Shown in pieces: positions 25,705 to 39,168 of a DNA stretch of 64,000 nucleotides. The notes under the pieces were generated by a model, which did no database searches, was not told the origin of the DNA, and worked only from the letters and a program-made list of their open reading frames with translations. The stretch comes from Mobula hypostoma (Eukaryota), in NCBI RefSeq assembly GCF_963921235.1, contig NC_086097.1, positions 182,282,001-182,346,000 of the forward strand. Reading direction: 5' to 3'. Each line of letters starts with the position of its first letter. Position 1 is the stretch's first letter. The position numbers and the translations under genes were made by a program.

Positions 25705-25965
25705 TAATGACAGACAGTCTAGAATTGGCCCTTCCAGCCCTTCGAGCTACACTATCCAGCAACCTCTGATTTAACCCTAGCCTTGACATGGAACAATTTA
25801 CAATGACCAATTAACCTACTAAGCGGTTTGTCTTTGGACTATAGGAGGAAACCAGAGGGCCTGGAGAAAACCACAATTCCACAAGGAGGACGTACATCGG
25901 AATTGAACTCCAAACTCGGACGCCTGAGCTGTAATAGCATCGCGCTAACCGCTACGCTGCCACGC
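25705..25965 (-). mobile_element. V-SINE (HE1-like)
   Basis: GGAGGAAACCAGAGGGCCTGGAGAAAACCAC and GCTAACCGCTACGC (reverse complement of the A box). Confidence 0.8.
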
Positions 25966-26312
25966 AAATGGGGCTGTAATGAGGATCAAGGCACGCGATA
26001 ATTGCACCCAATGCCCTCTGCCAGCAATTTGAGGGCCCGAGTGTTGGAGAAGGTGGATGGGTTGTGGTGGGCTGTGCTGATCCATTGAGATGAGCACAGA
26101 AGCAGACTCTTAAGCCCACCTAGACCACACCGACCTGCTCCTTTTACCTAGAGCCATCCACCCGCACCCAGGCTATATTCCTGGCTCGAATGGAAATGGA
26201 ACGTAACTGGGCTAATGGGCAGTTTTCCTGATCTCCTCGCAGGCCCTATTCACATCCTGAGGTTACCCAACACACTATGCTGCCTATAGCTGTCAGCAGA
26301 GTCAGTTTGTGT

Positions 26313-26650
26313 CTCTCTGTTACAGACCACAGCCCTCTGCATTCCAGGCCACTGCTCCTCTGTGTCTCTGCATTACAAGCAACTGCTCCTGTGCGTTCCT
26401 GCGTTTCAGGCCACTGCTCCTGTGTGTCAATGTGTTACAGGCCACATGCCTCCTGTGTGTCAATGTGTTACAGGCCACATGGCTCCTATGGGTCTTTACC
26501 AGCAGTGTTAGATTCTATTGCTGTGTATCCCTGATGTTACAGGCCTTTGCTCCTATGTGTTACAGGTTACTGCACATGTGTCTCCTTGTTACAGGTCACT
26601 GCTCGTAGCATTACTGGCCACTGCTCTTGCGTGTCCCTATGTTACAGGCT
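26313..26650. repeat. Degenerate ~30 bp tandem repeat (TGTTACAGGCCACTGCTCCTGTGTGTC..), about 11 copies
   Basis: Recurring TTACAGG(C/T)CAC..GCTCCT motifs directly upstream of the exon. Confidence 0.8.
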
Positions 26651-26652
26651 GA

Positions 26653-26928
<276 letters not shown>

Positions 26929-27944
26929 TAAGGGCACAGCTTGTGTCCCCACATCTGTGAGTGTGTCCGTGTACATGAGCACTGATTTTGTGCATGTGTA
27001 TGTATGTGCGTGTTTTGTGCGTGCACATGGTGCGGTTTCCTGTTGAAATGCTGGAGGATGTTGTCAGGAGAACCTTTGGCTGTCGATACTGGTGAGGAAT
27101 TACAGTGCAGATGCTGGAAACCTGAAGACAATACTGGGAAGCATCTGTGGCGAGAGAGAAACACAGTGAAGAACGTTCGAACATCTGCGACAAGCAGCAC
27201 TCCTGAATCTGAGGGTATTTGGTTGGAGCCTCTGGCCCTCAACAACCAACTGGTTTAAAATCTACTTGAACTACATCTGCTAATACGATGAAAGGATTAT
27301 GTGCAGATGGATGAAAGATAAATGGGCTATGTGGGAGGGAAAAGTTAGATTGATTTTAGAGCAGATCTTGGGCTGAAGGCTCTGTACTGGACTGTAATGT
27401 TCTGTGTTCTATAACCGTAACCCCCCCTTTGAGAAGACTCTAGTAGTGTCTTCTGCTCAGTGGAGACTGATGGAAAGTCTTCAATGAGCACATTTTTTTT
27501 TTCTGCCTCCGATCGGCCTCTGCCCTTAATTTTCTCCAATTTCTAACCCTCACTCACATGTAGAGTATTTTGACTTTTTATGTTCAGTCATTTCCAGTGT
27601 GCAGAGGTTGAGGCAGAGATGTCTTTGCGGTCGATAACTCGGTTGGCCCTGGACTCTGCTGTTGTCCCTGGGTCAGTGGCTCTATGTGGTTATACACCAC
27701 TGCCACCATGTTATATTGGCTGATTTTTCTCAGATCCTCTGAACGCAGACTGATCAGATACTGAGGGTAGTGCGAGGTGAAGTGAGCTGCCAGTGGGTTC
27801 AATTACAAAATATAACAGAAGTCTGGATAAGTGTGTGGATGGGAGGGATATGGAGCGTCGATGGAGACTGGGCAGAATAACAGTTTGGCAAGGACTAGAT
27901 GGGTCAAAGGGTCTGTTTCTGTGTCGTAGTATTCTGTAACGCTC

Positions 27945-29240
27945 GAATTAGAGTCAGATTTAATATGGCTGACATACGTCATGAGATTTGTTATTTTGTG
28001 GCAGCAGTACACTGCAATATGTAACGAAAACTATAATTGAAGAGATACTGAGGTAGTGTTCATCGGTTCAATGTCCATTCAGAAATCTGATGGAAGAGGG
28101 AAAGAAGCTGTTCCTAAAATGTTGAGCGTGTGTCTTCAGGCTCCTATACCTCCTCCTTGATGGTAGCAATGAGAAGAAAGCATGTCCTGGGTGATGGGGA
28201 TCTTTAATAATGGATGCCGCCTTTTTGAGGCATCACCTTTTGAATGTGTCCTGGATGCTGCGGAGGCTAGTGCCCATGATGGAGCTGGCTGAGTTTACAA
28301 CTTTCTACAGCTCTTTCTGATCCTGTGCTGTGGCCCCTGCATACCAGACTGTGATGAAATCAGTTAGAATGTTCTCCACAGTACAGCTATAGAAAGCTTT
28401 GATGACATACCAATCCTTCTCAAACTCCTAATGAAATAAAGCTGCTGTCATGCCTTCTATGTAATTGCATCAATATGCTGGGTCCAGGATAGATCCTTAG
28501 AGATGTTGACACCCAAGTACTTGCAACTGTTCATCCTTTCCACTTCTGATCCCTCAAAGACGACTGGTGTGTGTTTCCTGAAGTCCACAATCAATTCCTT
28601 GATCATACTGACGTTGAACGCAGGATCGTTGTTGCAACACCACTCAACCAGCTGATCTGTCTGGCTTATGTGCCTCCTCATCGCCATCTGAAATTCTGCC
28701 AACAATAATTATGTCATCAGCACATTTATAGATAGTGTTTGAGCTGTGCCTGGCCACATAATCGTGGGTGTATAGAGATTAGGGCAGTGGGCTAGGCATG
28801 CATCCTTGAGGTTTGCCAGGAGGAAATATTATTTCTGATGTGCACAGACTGTGCTCTCCTGAGGAGGAAGTCAAGGATCCAGTTGCAGAGGGAAGTACGG
28901 AGGCCCAGGTTTTGGAGCTTGTTGATTAGAACTGACGGTATGACTGTGTTGAACGCTGAGCTGGAATCAGCGAACGGCAACCTGATGTAGGCATTGCTAC
29001 TGTCCAGGTGATCCGAGGCTGTGTGGAGAGACAGTGAAATTACATCCACTATAGACCCGCTGTGGCGATGGGCAAATTGCAGTGGGTCCAGCTCTTTGCT
29101 TAGGCAGGAGCTGATTCTGGCCATGACCAACCTCTCAAAGCACTTCATCACAGTAGGTATGAGTGTACTGGGTGATAGTTGTTGAGGCAGCTCACCCTGC
29201 TCTTTTTGGGCACTGGTATGATTATCACCCTTTTGAATGG
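27945..29240 (-). mobile_element. Rex1/Babar-type LINE, RT to 3' end, degenerate
   Basis: ORF 28792-29271 VMKCFERLV..LDPLQFAHR..SSAFNTVIPS..LCNWILDFL. Confidence 0.9.
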
Positions 29241-29389
29241 AGTCCGGGGCTCTCATCAAGGACAGAGCCACAGATATGATGTTCCTTCCAGTGGGTCAAT
29301 TTTTCTCTCTGCCTTCTTGTTCTCGGTGGGATGGGCTGTTGCATGTTGGATGGATCCCTGAAGCAATAGGTCTACAGCGGATGTTATCT

Positions 29390-30525
29390 CATTGGCTCTT
29401 CACACAACCCAGGAATATCTGGACATCAAAGATGCATACATCGATTATAGCTTGGCATTAAACACCATCATCCCCTGAAATAATCAGAAACAGACCAAGG
29501 CCTCAGTACTCCCCTGTTCAATTGGCTTCTGGATTAACTCACTTGCAGGCCCCAGTCAGTTCGGATTGGCAAAAACATCTCCTCCACAATCTCCATCAGC
29601 ACAGGAGCACCGCAAAGGTGTGTTACTTAGCCCCTGTCTACTCACTTTACACCTATGAGTATGTAGGTGAGTACAGCTCCAATACCATGTACCAGTTTGC
29701 TGATAACACCACTGCTGTGGGCTGTATCAAAGGAGAGAGACTGACAATTTGGCTGAGTGGTGTAATAACAACAATCTCTCACTCAATGTCAGTAAGACCA
29801 GGGAACTGATAGTAGACTGCGGGAGAGGGAAACCAGAGGTCCATGAGCCAGTAATCATCGGAGGATCCAAGGTGGAGAGGTTCATGTGAGTCATTATCTC
29901 AGAAGACCTGTCCTGGACCCATCATATAAATGTTATTGTGAAGAAAGCACAATACTTCTAGTTCCTCAAGGGTCTGTGGAGATTTAGCATGCCATCAAAA
30001 ACTGTGGCAAACCTATGGATGTGTGGTGGAAAGTGTGCTGACTGGCTGCATTACGGCCTGGTATGGGAACACCAAACCCTTTGAGCAGAAAATCCTACAA
30101 AAGGTAGTGGATTCGGCCCAGTACATCACGGGTAAAACCTTCCCAACCGCTGAGCACATCTACATGAAATGTTGCAGCATCCATCATCAAAGATCCTCAC
30201 CACCCAGACCACGCTCTTTTCTCACTGCTGCCATCAGAAGAAAGGTACAAATGCCTCAGGACTCTCGCCACCAGGTTACTACCCGTCAACCATCAGGCTT
30301 TTGAACAAAAGGGGATAACTACACTCATTTACAGACTCTTTTATCTTGTTATTTCATGCTTATTATTTATTGCTAATTATTTATTATCTGTACTTGCAGT
30401 TTGTTTGCAGTTTACAGATCCTGTTTACAGTTACTGTTCTATAGATTTGCTAAATATGCCCACAGAAAAAAAAATCTCAGGGTGATATGTATGTACTCTG
30501 ATGATAAGTTTTACTTTGAACTTTG
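29390..30525 (+). mobile_element. Rex1/Babar-type LINE, RT to 3' end, degenerate
   Basis: YSLYTYE..QFADNTT; VESVLTGCITAWYGN..LQKVVDSAQYITG. Confidence 0.85.
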
Positions 30526-31973
30526 ACTGTGGACAGTTGTGGTTGAGAAGACATGGCTGGTGTAAGCAGTGTGGACTTGATTGCTTATCTTGAGTTCCAC
30601 CCTGATCTAACACCTTGTCGGAGTGCCCACAAGGGGTTAAGCGGCAGGGAAGTTTGCAGTGTCGCCAGGGGCAGTATGGCCAGTCTCTTCACTTTTTCAT
30701 TTCAGCCTCAGTAACTGTTCTCATAAGGGTCTGAACCTATTAATCTTGTCTGTGGCCAATCAATAAACCTAGTTCCCTGAATGAAGATATGGTGGAGACT
30801 TGACAGGCAGGATAGCCATCGCCTGGGTGCCGCAGGCAGGCGTGAGCATGGTTTGTCTGGGAGGAAGCCTTGCCTTCCACTCATCTGGAGTCTCAGACCT
30901 TGTTGTGCTAGTCTTTATCATTCGTTTCTGTGCTGAAAACAGCTTGGAACTGAAATATATTATTCAAAGTTTTCCTCAGAACTCGAGCAGACCTGCTTCC
31001 CTTTGTGTTCAGGGTGCGGAAACCCACCCAGTCCCAGGGTAAAGTTACCCACACCCAGGTTATAGTCATACCCATTCAGGGTACAGTGATCCATTACCAA
31101 GGTACAGACACCCCCACCCAGTGTACAGACACTCACATCCAGCATACACACCTAACACACCCACCAGAGTATAGCCACCCATTCTCAAGGTGCAGACACC
31201 CACACCCAGGGTACAGACATCCAGTTATTGCCAGTGCTCTTCCCACACTGTGGATCCTGAATTGAACAGGGTTGGAGTTTGCTAAGTCTGGTCCCCGAGG
31301 GCAGGAAGGAGAGTGTAGCTGCACTGTGTGTGGGTGTGCCCCTGACCCTGTCTCTCATACTCCTGTCCGGTGTGTCCTGAGATGGTGTGGACCTGCGTTC
31401 TCCGGCTCCTTCACCCTCCCTCTGCAGCATTAGCTGCAAACAAACAAGAAATGGGTGGTTTTTACATCAGAATAAAAACTAATGAGGCGATTTTTAATGA
31501 GTTAAAGCAGGGAACCTTGTAAATGCATTAAAGTGCCAGGAGCTTGTACGGTCGGGCATTTGACTGCTTTTACATTCAGCTTTGAGTGATTGCTCACCAG
31601 CTTTTTTACATTCAGAGTATGCAGCGGGAACACATGTTCTACACATCTGCAGGTCCTTGTGGTTAAACCGACAGGTGGTCGCACTGGTCTTTAGGGGAGG
31701 ACATCCGTCCCCAGATAGGGCCAACGTGGGTTCCAACCCTGCTTCTCAGGATTGGGAGAAGAAACTCTCCACAGTGAGCAGAACCAGTTATAGATCATTC
31801 AGCTCCAGCATCCTACAACATCCAGCCAACATTTGATCTCAGCAACACCTTTCTACCTGAACCCCATCATCCTTGATTTGTATAATATCCATCAATCTGT
31901 CAGTCTCTTCTGAGTGACACTGTCTCCACAGACCAGTCCAGCCAGAGCTCGACCTCCTGCTCACAGCTACTGC

Positions 31974-32416
31974 AAGGGTTCCTGCTCCCCATCACTGCCC
32001 AACAACCCCGGGGTTAGAGAGGGATGGGAACAGCCAGGGTTCCTGCTCCCCCATCCCTGCCCAACAACCCCAGGGTTAGAGAGGGATGGGAACAGCCAGG
32101 GTTCCTGCTCCCCCATCACTGCCCAACAACCCCAGGGTTAGAGAGGGATGGGAACAGCCAGGGTTCCTACTTCCCCATCACTGCCCAACAACCCCAGGGT
32201 TAGAGAGGGATGGGAACAGCCAGGGTTCCTGCTCTCCCATCCCTGCCCAACAACCCCAGGGTTAGAGAGGGATGGGAACAGCCAGGGTTCCTACTTCCCC
32301 ATCACTGCCCAACAACCCCAGGGTTAGAGAGGGATGGGAACAGCCAGGGTTCCTGCTCTCCCATCCCTGCCCAACAACCCCAGGGTTAGAGAGGGATAGG
32401 AACAGCCAGGGTTCCT
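31974..32416. repeat. 62 bp minisatellite, ~7 near-identical copies
   Basis: CAGGGTTCCTGCTCCCCCATCACTGCCCAACAACCCCAGGGTTAGAGAGGGATGGGAACAGC units start at 32035, 32097, 32159, 32221, 32283, 32345, with a partial unit at 32407. Confidence 0.97.
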
Positions 32417-32509
32417 TCGCCTGGTCACTGCTCAGTGAGGGGGAATCAACCTGGGTTCTTCCTCCCTTTCACTGCCCTATGATGCCAGGCTTAGAGAGAG
32501 GGGAAATCA

Positions 32510-34270
32510 AAATCAGGCTTATTATCACTGTCTTACATGGCATGAAATTTGTTGTTTTGCAGCAGCAGTACACTGCAAAAACATTACAGAACAAAACACA
32601 AGAAACAGTGAGGCAGTGTTCAAGGATTCATGGGCTGTACAGAAATCTGATGGCAGAGGGGATGAAACTGTTTCTTGAATTGTAGACTGTGGGTCTGCAG
32701 GCTCCTATCCCTCCTCCCTGATCATAGTAACAAGAAGAGGGCATGTCCGAATGATGAGGGTCCTTAATGGTGGATGCTGCCATCTTGAGGCCCCAACTTT
32801 TGAAGATTATGCCCATGATATAGCTGACTGAATCTACAAACCTCAGAATCAGGTTTATTATCACTGACATATGTTGTAAGGTAAGTTGTTTTCTGGCAGT
32901 AGTACAGTTCAAAGTCATAAAATTACCATAAGATACAAAATATATAGTGTACAGATGAACAACAGGGTAGTGTTCATGGGTTCATGGGCCATTCAGAAAT
33001 CTGATAGTGGAGGGAAAGAGGCTGTTCCTAAAACAGTAAGTGTGAGTGTTCAGGCTCCTGTACCTCTTCCCTGGTGGTAGTAATAAGAGGGCATGTACCA
33101 GTTGGTGAAGATCTTTAATGATTGATGCTGCCTTCTTGAGGCATCTCCCCTTGAAGGTGCCTGGATGACAGGGAGAGTTGTGTCCATGATGAAGCTGTTG
33201 TGACCCTGTCCATTGGAGCCTCCATACCTGCCTGTGATACAACCACTCAGAATGCTCTCTTCTGCACATCTAGAAATTAGCAAGAGCTTTTGGTGAGATA
33301 CCAAATCTCCTCGGACTGCTGTTGAAGCATAGTCGCTGGCATGCCTTCTTTGTGATTATATTACTGTGTTGGGCCCAGGAAAGATCCTCTGAGATGTTGA
33401 CACCCAGGGACTTGAAGCTGCTCACCCTTTCCACCACTGACCACTCACTGAGGATTGGTGTGTTCTCTCTGACTTCTTGAAGTCCACAATCAATTCCTTG
33501 GTCGTGTTGACACTGAGAGTGAGGTTGTTGTTGCAACACCACTCAGCCAGCTGATCTATCTCACTCCTGTACACCTGCTCCTTTCCATCTGAGGTCTGCT
33601 GTTCAACAGTGGTGTCACCTCTGAATTTATAGATGGTGTTTGAGCTGTGACAAGCCACAGTCATGAATGTAGAGAGAGTGGAGCAGTGGGCTAACCACAC
33701 ATCCCTGAGATGCACCAGTATTGATTGTAAGTGACCAGACATGCTATTACTGATCATATTGACTGTGGTCTCCCAATGAGGAAGTCGAGGATTCAGTTGC
33801 AGAGGGAGGTACAGAGGCCCAGGCTTTGAAGCCTGGTGATTAATAGAAGTAAATGATGGTATTGAACACTGAGCTGTAATTGATAAACAGCAGACTGATG
33901 TATGTTTTGCTGTAATCTAGATGCTCCAAAACCAAGTGGAGAGCCAGTGAGATTGCATCTGCTATACATCTGTTGTAGCATTAGATGAACAGCAGTAAGT
34001 CCAGCTCCTTTCTGAGGCAGGAGTTAATTCTCCCAAAGCACTTTATCACAGTAGCTGTGACTACTACTGGACGAGAGCAGTTGAGGCAGGGCACTGATAT
34101 GATTGATATCTTTTTTGAAGCGGGTGGTAAACTCTGACTGCAACAGTGAGAGATTGAAGATGTTCTTGAACACTCCAGCAGTTGGGACCTGACACCTTGC
34201 CGGAGTTCACCCTCTTAAAGGATGTTGTGATGTTGGTCTCCGAAGTAGAGATCACTATCCAGTGACCCTG
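32510..34270 (-). mobile_element. Two adjacent Rex1/Babar-type LINE fragments
   Basis: RCLKKAASIIKDLH; YRSEIDQLAEWCCNNNLTLSVNTTKELIVDF; AGAATCAGGTTTATTATCACTG tail. Confidence 0.85.
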
Positions 34271-35615
34271 AGGTTAGGGAGAGGAGAGGCAGGGTTTTGG
34301 GCTTTGCTGCACTGTCCCTGAGAAGGAAGGCGGGTGCTTGGCTGAGTTCCTGCTTGATGCTGCAGACTGTGCAAAGTGTCGTGTCATGGAAGGGCAAGAG
34401 GCAGAATTATTGGATTCTGGTGGCAAGGATCTGGCAGTGTAAAGGTTAATTAGTGCTGAGTAAATTAGAAGTGTTGGTATAATTTCATTGCAACCTCGAA
34501 TGCAGATAGAAGCACAATCGCTTTAATTATCAGAGAGGTTCACTGTATTCCCCTGACAGGTGTAATTAACTGCAGGGAATGTTGTTGGGTAGTGTGGATG
34601 CCACAGCCTCTATCTGCCCCACTACATTAGTCTTGACCTCCTCATTAATCTCCTCACCTCTGCTTTCTGCTCTCTGTACAACATTGCTCGCCATTTCTCA
34701 TGCTTTACAACTGTCCTATCAGGTATCCTTGCTCTCTCGCACCCACCCCCCACCTGCCCCGGGCAAGACAGTAAACTGTTCTGATCCGTGCCCTCTACTT
34801 TGTGTCACAACTGATTTTCTGACCTGGCTCTTTGCGGCTGTGTCTGGTAATGAGGTCTGTTGTTAACCCTTTCCAGCTTGCTTCCAGTGGTCACCCTGCA
34901 CCTGTGAAAATGCCAGTGAGGGAGTGAAGCACCTGACTAGGGGTCTTGGGGATGGAGGACATCAGGAAGATGGGATGGAGGTGTCAAGAGTGGCAGGAGT
35001 TGGGTGTCAGTGGGGTGGGGAGGGGGTGGAGGATAGGTTTGGAGGTCTCAGTCCGGAGTAATGCAAGTGGTCAAAGTGGTGACGGTTTTACTGTACTGAG
35101 GCAATGATTTGGGTTATGCTTTTTGGTTCAAGAACTGAATAATTGAAGGGAAGAAGCTGGTGGTGTGGCACCTCAGATGCCCGCCACAAGCTGTGAACAG
35201 GTAAACCTTGTCTGTGTGAAGCTGATCCTCGGAGATGCTCACTGACAGAGCAAGTCTTCGACCACTTTACCCCTCTGCTGATTACACACTATTAATGGTT
35301 GGTTAAATTTTAATCTCTAGTTTCTTGCCCCCTCCTGCACTGAGCCACATTAATTAATCTGCATCTACTGAGCATCCTGCCTTTTTACTCAGCTTCCCTT
35401 GCCTCTCACCTTGTTAATTTAATTACCTAGCCCTTCACCTTGCATCTTGTACTACTAATGAGATCGGTGTCACCAACACACTCCGAGACTCATTAATCCT
35501 TGGGAGCCCCAGTATACAGGCGCGTAAGTTGTTCAGTAATTCTTTCATGCATGTTTTTATTCCCACAGGGACTTGTCCCATTTCTAAACACCAACTCTCA
35601 CTGGGGACGAGGGAC

Positions 35616-35617
<2 letters not shown>

Positions 35618-35657
<40 letters not shown>
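35618..35657. repeat. (CA)n microsatellite, ~20 units
   Basis: Read directly. Confidence 0.97.
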
Positions 35658-35660
<3 letters not shown>

Positions 35661-37329
35661 GACCTTCACCGGAGCACAGAAACAGCAAGGGTCCTGGCAC
35701 TGGCCCTGTGGTATACTGCTGATCACATACTTCTGTTTACAAAAACAACACTCCACTGTCACCCTCTGCCTCCTAACACCAAGTTAAGCAGTTGGATTCA
35801 GGTAAGCAGGTTTCCTTAGAGCCCCTGGGCTCTGAGCCTTGGGCCAATCTCCCATGTGGGATTTTGAAAACATCCCACGGGAATCCATGAAGACTACATT
35901 GACCACACTGTCTTTATTAGCACATCTCATTACCTGGTGTCAGAGTACAACTTTGGGAAGGAGCTTCTCTAAATGTTGGCTTACTAGATTTAGCATAAAG
36001 TCACAGAGGATGAAGCAAGCTCTTTGGTCCAACTGGTCCAGGTTGACCACAGCAACCTCCCTGCTAGCCCACATTCAGCCCATTACCCTCTAAACCTCTC
36101 TCTTCTCAATATACCTATTCAAATGTCTCTTAGAAGTTGAAATTGACCACTTTACTGGCAGCTCATTCCAGATCCTCTCGATCCTCTGTGTAAAGAAGTT
36201 TTTGCTCAGGTCTTTTTAAAATCTCTCCCCTCTTGTATCTGTGCCCTCCATTTTTGGACTTCCCAGCCCTGGGGATAAGACTATGACCATCCTCCGTATC
36301 CGTGCCCTTCATGGTTTTATAATACTCTGAGGTCAGCCCTCATTCTCCTACACTACAGGGAATTAAAATTCAGTGTGGCTGACCTCTCCTTGTAACGCAG
36401 ACCCTCTAGTGCAGGCAGCATCCTCATAAATCACTTCTGCTCCCTTTCCAGCTTTACGATAACAGGGTGACCAAAGCCATGTACAACAGTCCCGACTTGT
36501 ATAAATACAACATACTCCTCAGCTCAGTGCCCTGACTGATGAAGGCCAGTGTGCCAAAGGCCTCTTCACCACCCTGTTGACTTACACGGCCGTGCTCAGC
36601 TTCATGGTGTTCTGGGTTAGCCCCGTGAGGGGAAGTAAATCTTTTGTGTCATTTGAGTACAGTACTATGTGGAGAATTCTGGTGAGTCATTGGGAAAAAG
36701 TGTGATGTCCACGAGTGGCCTGAGGCAGGGATGCTGAGTCTGCCCATTCAGGGGTTTGCAGAGGCAGAGAGGGTGGATTTAGTGGGGTGTAGGAATCCAG
36801 AGGACTAGTATTCCTAGAATTTATGGCTTCGGCACCCTGTTCGCTGATACATCGCGTCCACTGCAGCGTGTATCCCTAATCCTACCTCTGTTTACCCACT
36901 TGACCATCCCCACTGCATCTCCTTCCCAGGGACCTACTGTATCTACCCATGGTTTTAGTCAGCCCTGGTCTCCCCCCTCCAGTGCCCTCCTTGCTCCAGT
37001 CTTGGTCTGCAGCCTTTTCCATTAGCATGTCTCCTCCACCAGCCCCTTTTGGTCTTCCTCGCTGAATTGTCACTCAGTTACAGTGATGTGTTGGTTACAG
37101 AAGTTGCTGAAGACAAAGGGAGAGACAGCAGAGGGACTAACTGGATTGTTCTTAGATGGAGCTGGCGTGCATTTGATGGGCCAAATGGCCTGCTTCCTTT
37201 AACCATCTGAGACTCACTGAACTCCCCTCCACTAACAACTCCAGTTTCCTCAACCCTCAGCTTTACTGCTACAGCACTCATTGTTCCAACTTCCTGCTGA
37301 CCAAACCCCTGCCTGACCCCAGTCTCTAA

Positions 37330-37895
37330 GGAAGACAAATACAATGTTGGCATTCATTTTAGTGGGCTAGAATGTAAAAACAAGGATGTAATGTTGAGGC
37401 TTAATAAGGTATTAGTCAGACCACATTTGTGAACACTATTAGGCCCCATATCTAAGAAAATATGTGCTGGCATTAGAGAGAGTCCAGAGGAGGTTTACAA
37501 GAATGATCCTAGAATTGAAAAGGTTAATGTATGAGGAGTGTCAGGGCTTGTACTCACTGGAGTTTAAAAGAATGACGGGGAATCTCATTGAAAACTACCA
37601 AATATTGAAAGGCCTAAATAGAGTGGACATGCAGAGGATGTTCCCAGGAGTGGGAAAGTCTAGGACCAGAGTGCACAGCCTCAGAATAGAAGGACATTCC
37701 TTCAGAAAAGGGATGAGGAGGAGTTTCTTTAGCAAGAGGGTGGTGAATTTGTGGAATTCATTGCCACAGATGGCTGTGGAAACCAAGTCAGTTGGGTATA
37801 TTTAAGGTTAATTGGTAAGGGAAAAATCAGCCATGATTGAATGGTGGAGGTTTGATGGGCCGATTGGCCTGATTCTATTCCTATGTTTTATGGTC
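37330..37895 (+). mobile_element. CR1 LINE 3' fragment
   Basis: ORF 37464-37805 LALERVQRRFTRMI..FFSKRVVNLWNSLP. Confidence 0.9.
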
Positions 37896-39168
37896 TCTGC
37901 TGCTGCAAACCTCACTGCAGCTGATCACGGAATTGGGGCCAGTCAAAGCCTGTTCCAGGGTAGAAATAGCTGAGGGCATGGGTTCAAAGTAAGAGAGGAA
38001 AGTTTAAAGGAGATGTGCAGGAGAGTAATGGGTAACAGGTATACGCTACCAAGGGTGATGGTGGAAGATACTATTGCAATGCTTAAGAGGCACATAAACA
38101 GAGTGGGCATCATCCACATCTGGCACATGTCAGCTCTTGTCTGACCTTGGTTTGTCTCTTGTGATTCATGTAGGCCATCACATTTGATGTTATTGGATCA
38201 TTTAACTGCAAGTTTTACTAAAACAGTGGAGTACCTGGTGTTATTGTTGGGACTACTCAGCACTAGTGATTGGCTGAGTCTCGGCACAGCGAGTGGGGTT
38301 CTCAGCGAGCAGGTAACAGCCCATTTTGGGCTGGGAGCAGTAACGTGCTCACAATCTCATTTCTATTCCATTCACATGAAAAAGCTTACAGCAAAGAGGG
38401 CAACAGTGGAAAGTGATTTGTGTTTCCCTATTAAAATGTGTTAGGAACTAATTAATCAGTAGTTATGGTACTTCCCAAAACCCAGCCTTTGGAATGACTC
38501 CAGTCGGATAAGTGAAGCTTGATATTAATTCTAATTATAGGCTGCCTTTAGCTGAGGGCTGTGTACTGCTGGAATATATAGGCTGGACCCTTAAAGGGAC
38601 AGTAATCAAAAAGCAAGCAGTTGCAGTTGCTGGTGATCTGAAATCTTTTTGACAGCTCCAGCTACATCTATGTAGAGAAGAATAGTGTTCTCACCTCAGG
38701 AAATCACTTTCCAGCAGAGCTAGGAGAAAGGTAGAAATCAACATCTTTTACTTTGCAGGAAGCGGGAGAGAAAAATGTCACAGGTTCAAGCAACAGGTTG
38801 GTGACTGTCATGGGGAATTGTTGAATTCAGTGTTCTCACAGCCTATGTGTGTCTCATCAGATCAGGTTCTGCTGTCTGGGCTCCTGCCCTCACATCCAAC
38901 TGAATGTGGTCAGATCTGGGAGTGGAGGCTGCCATGGCTCCACATCCTGCAAATGGATTTGGGGAAAGTTTGCAGAGACAGGCTGTCTTGTATGAGGCTG
39001 GAAGTGCTTACTGTAGGTCACCCAAGTCTCAAAGGTACCAGAGAACAGGGCTTACTGCTGCTCCATAGACATGAGCTGTGTTCCCAGGTCACAATCTTCT
39101 CACCTTTCTCCTGTGATGCCCGGGGTTGGCTTTGTGCACCAAATGCACCATGGACGCTCTCTGTGACT

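Noticed and set aside
27945..30525. Opposed Rex1 LINEs as a dsRNA-forming inverted pair
   Set aside because: They appear to be different, well-diverged subfamilies; stable pairing is not evident by eye
31974..32416. Possible CRISPR or coding repeat
   Set aside because: Pure tandem 62-mer, not a multiple of 3, no spacers
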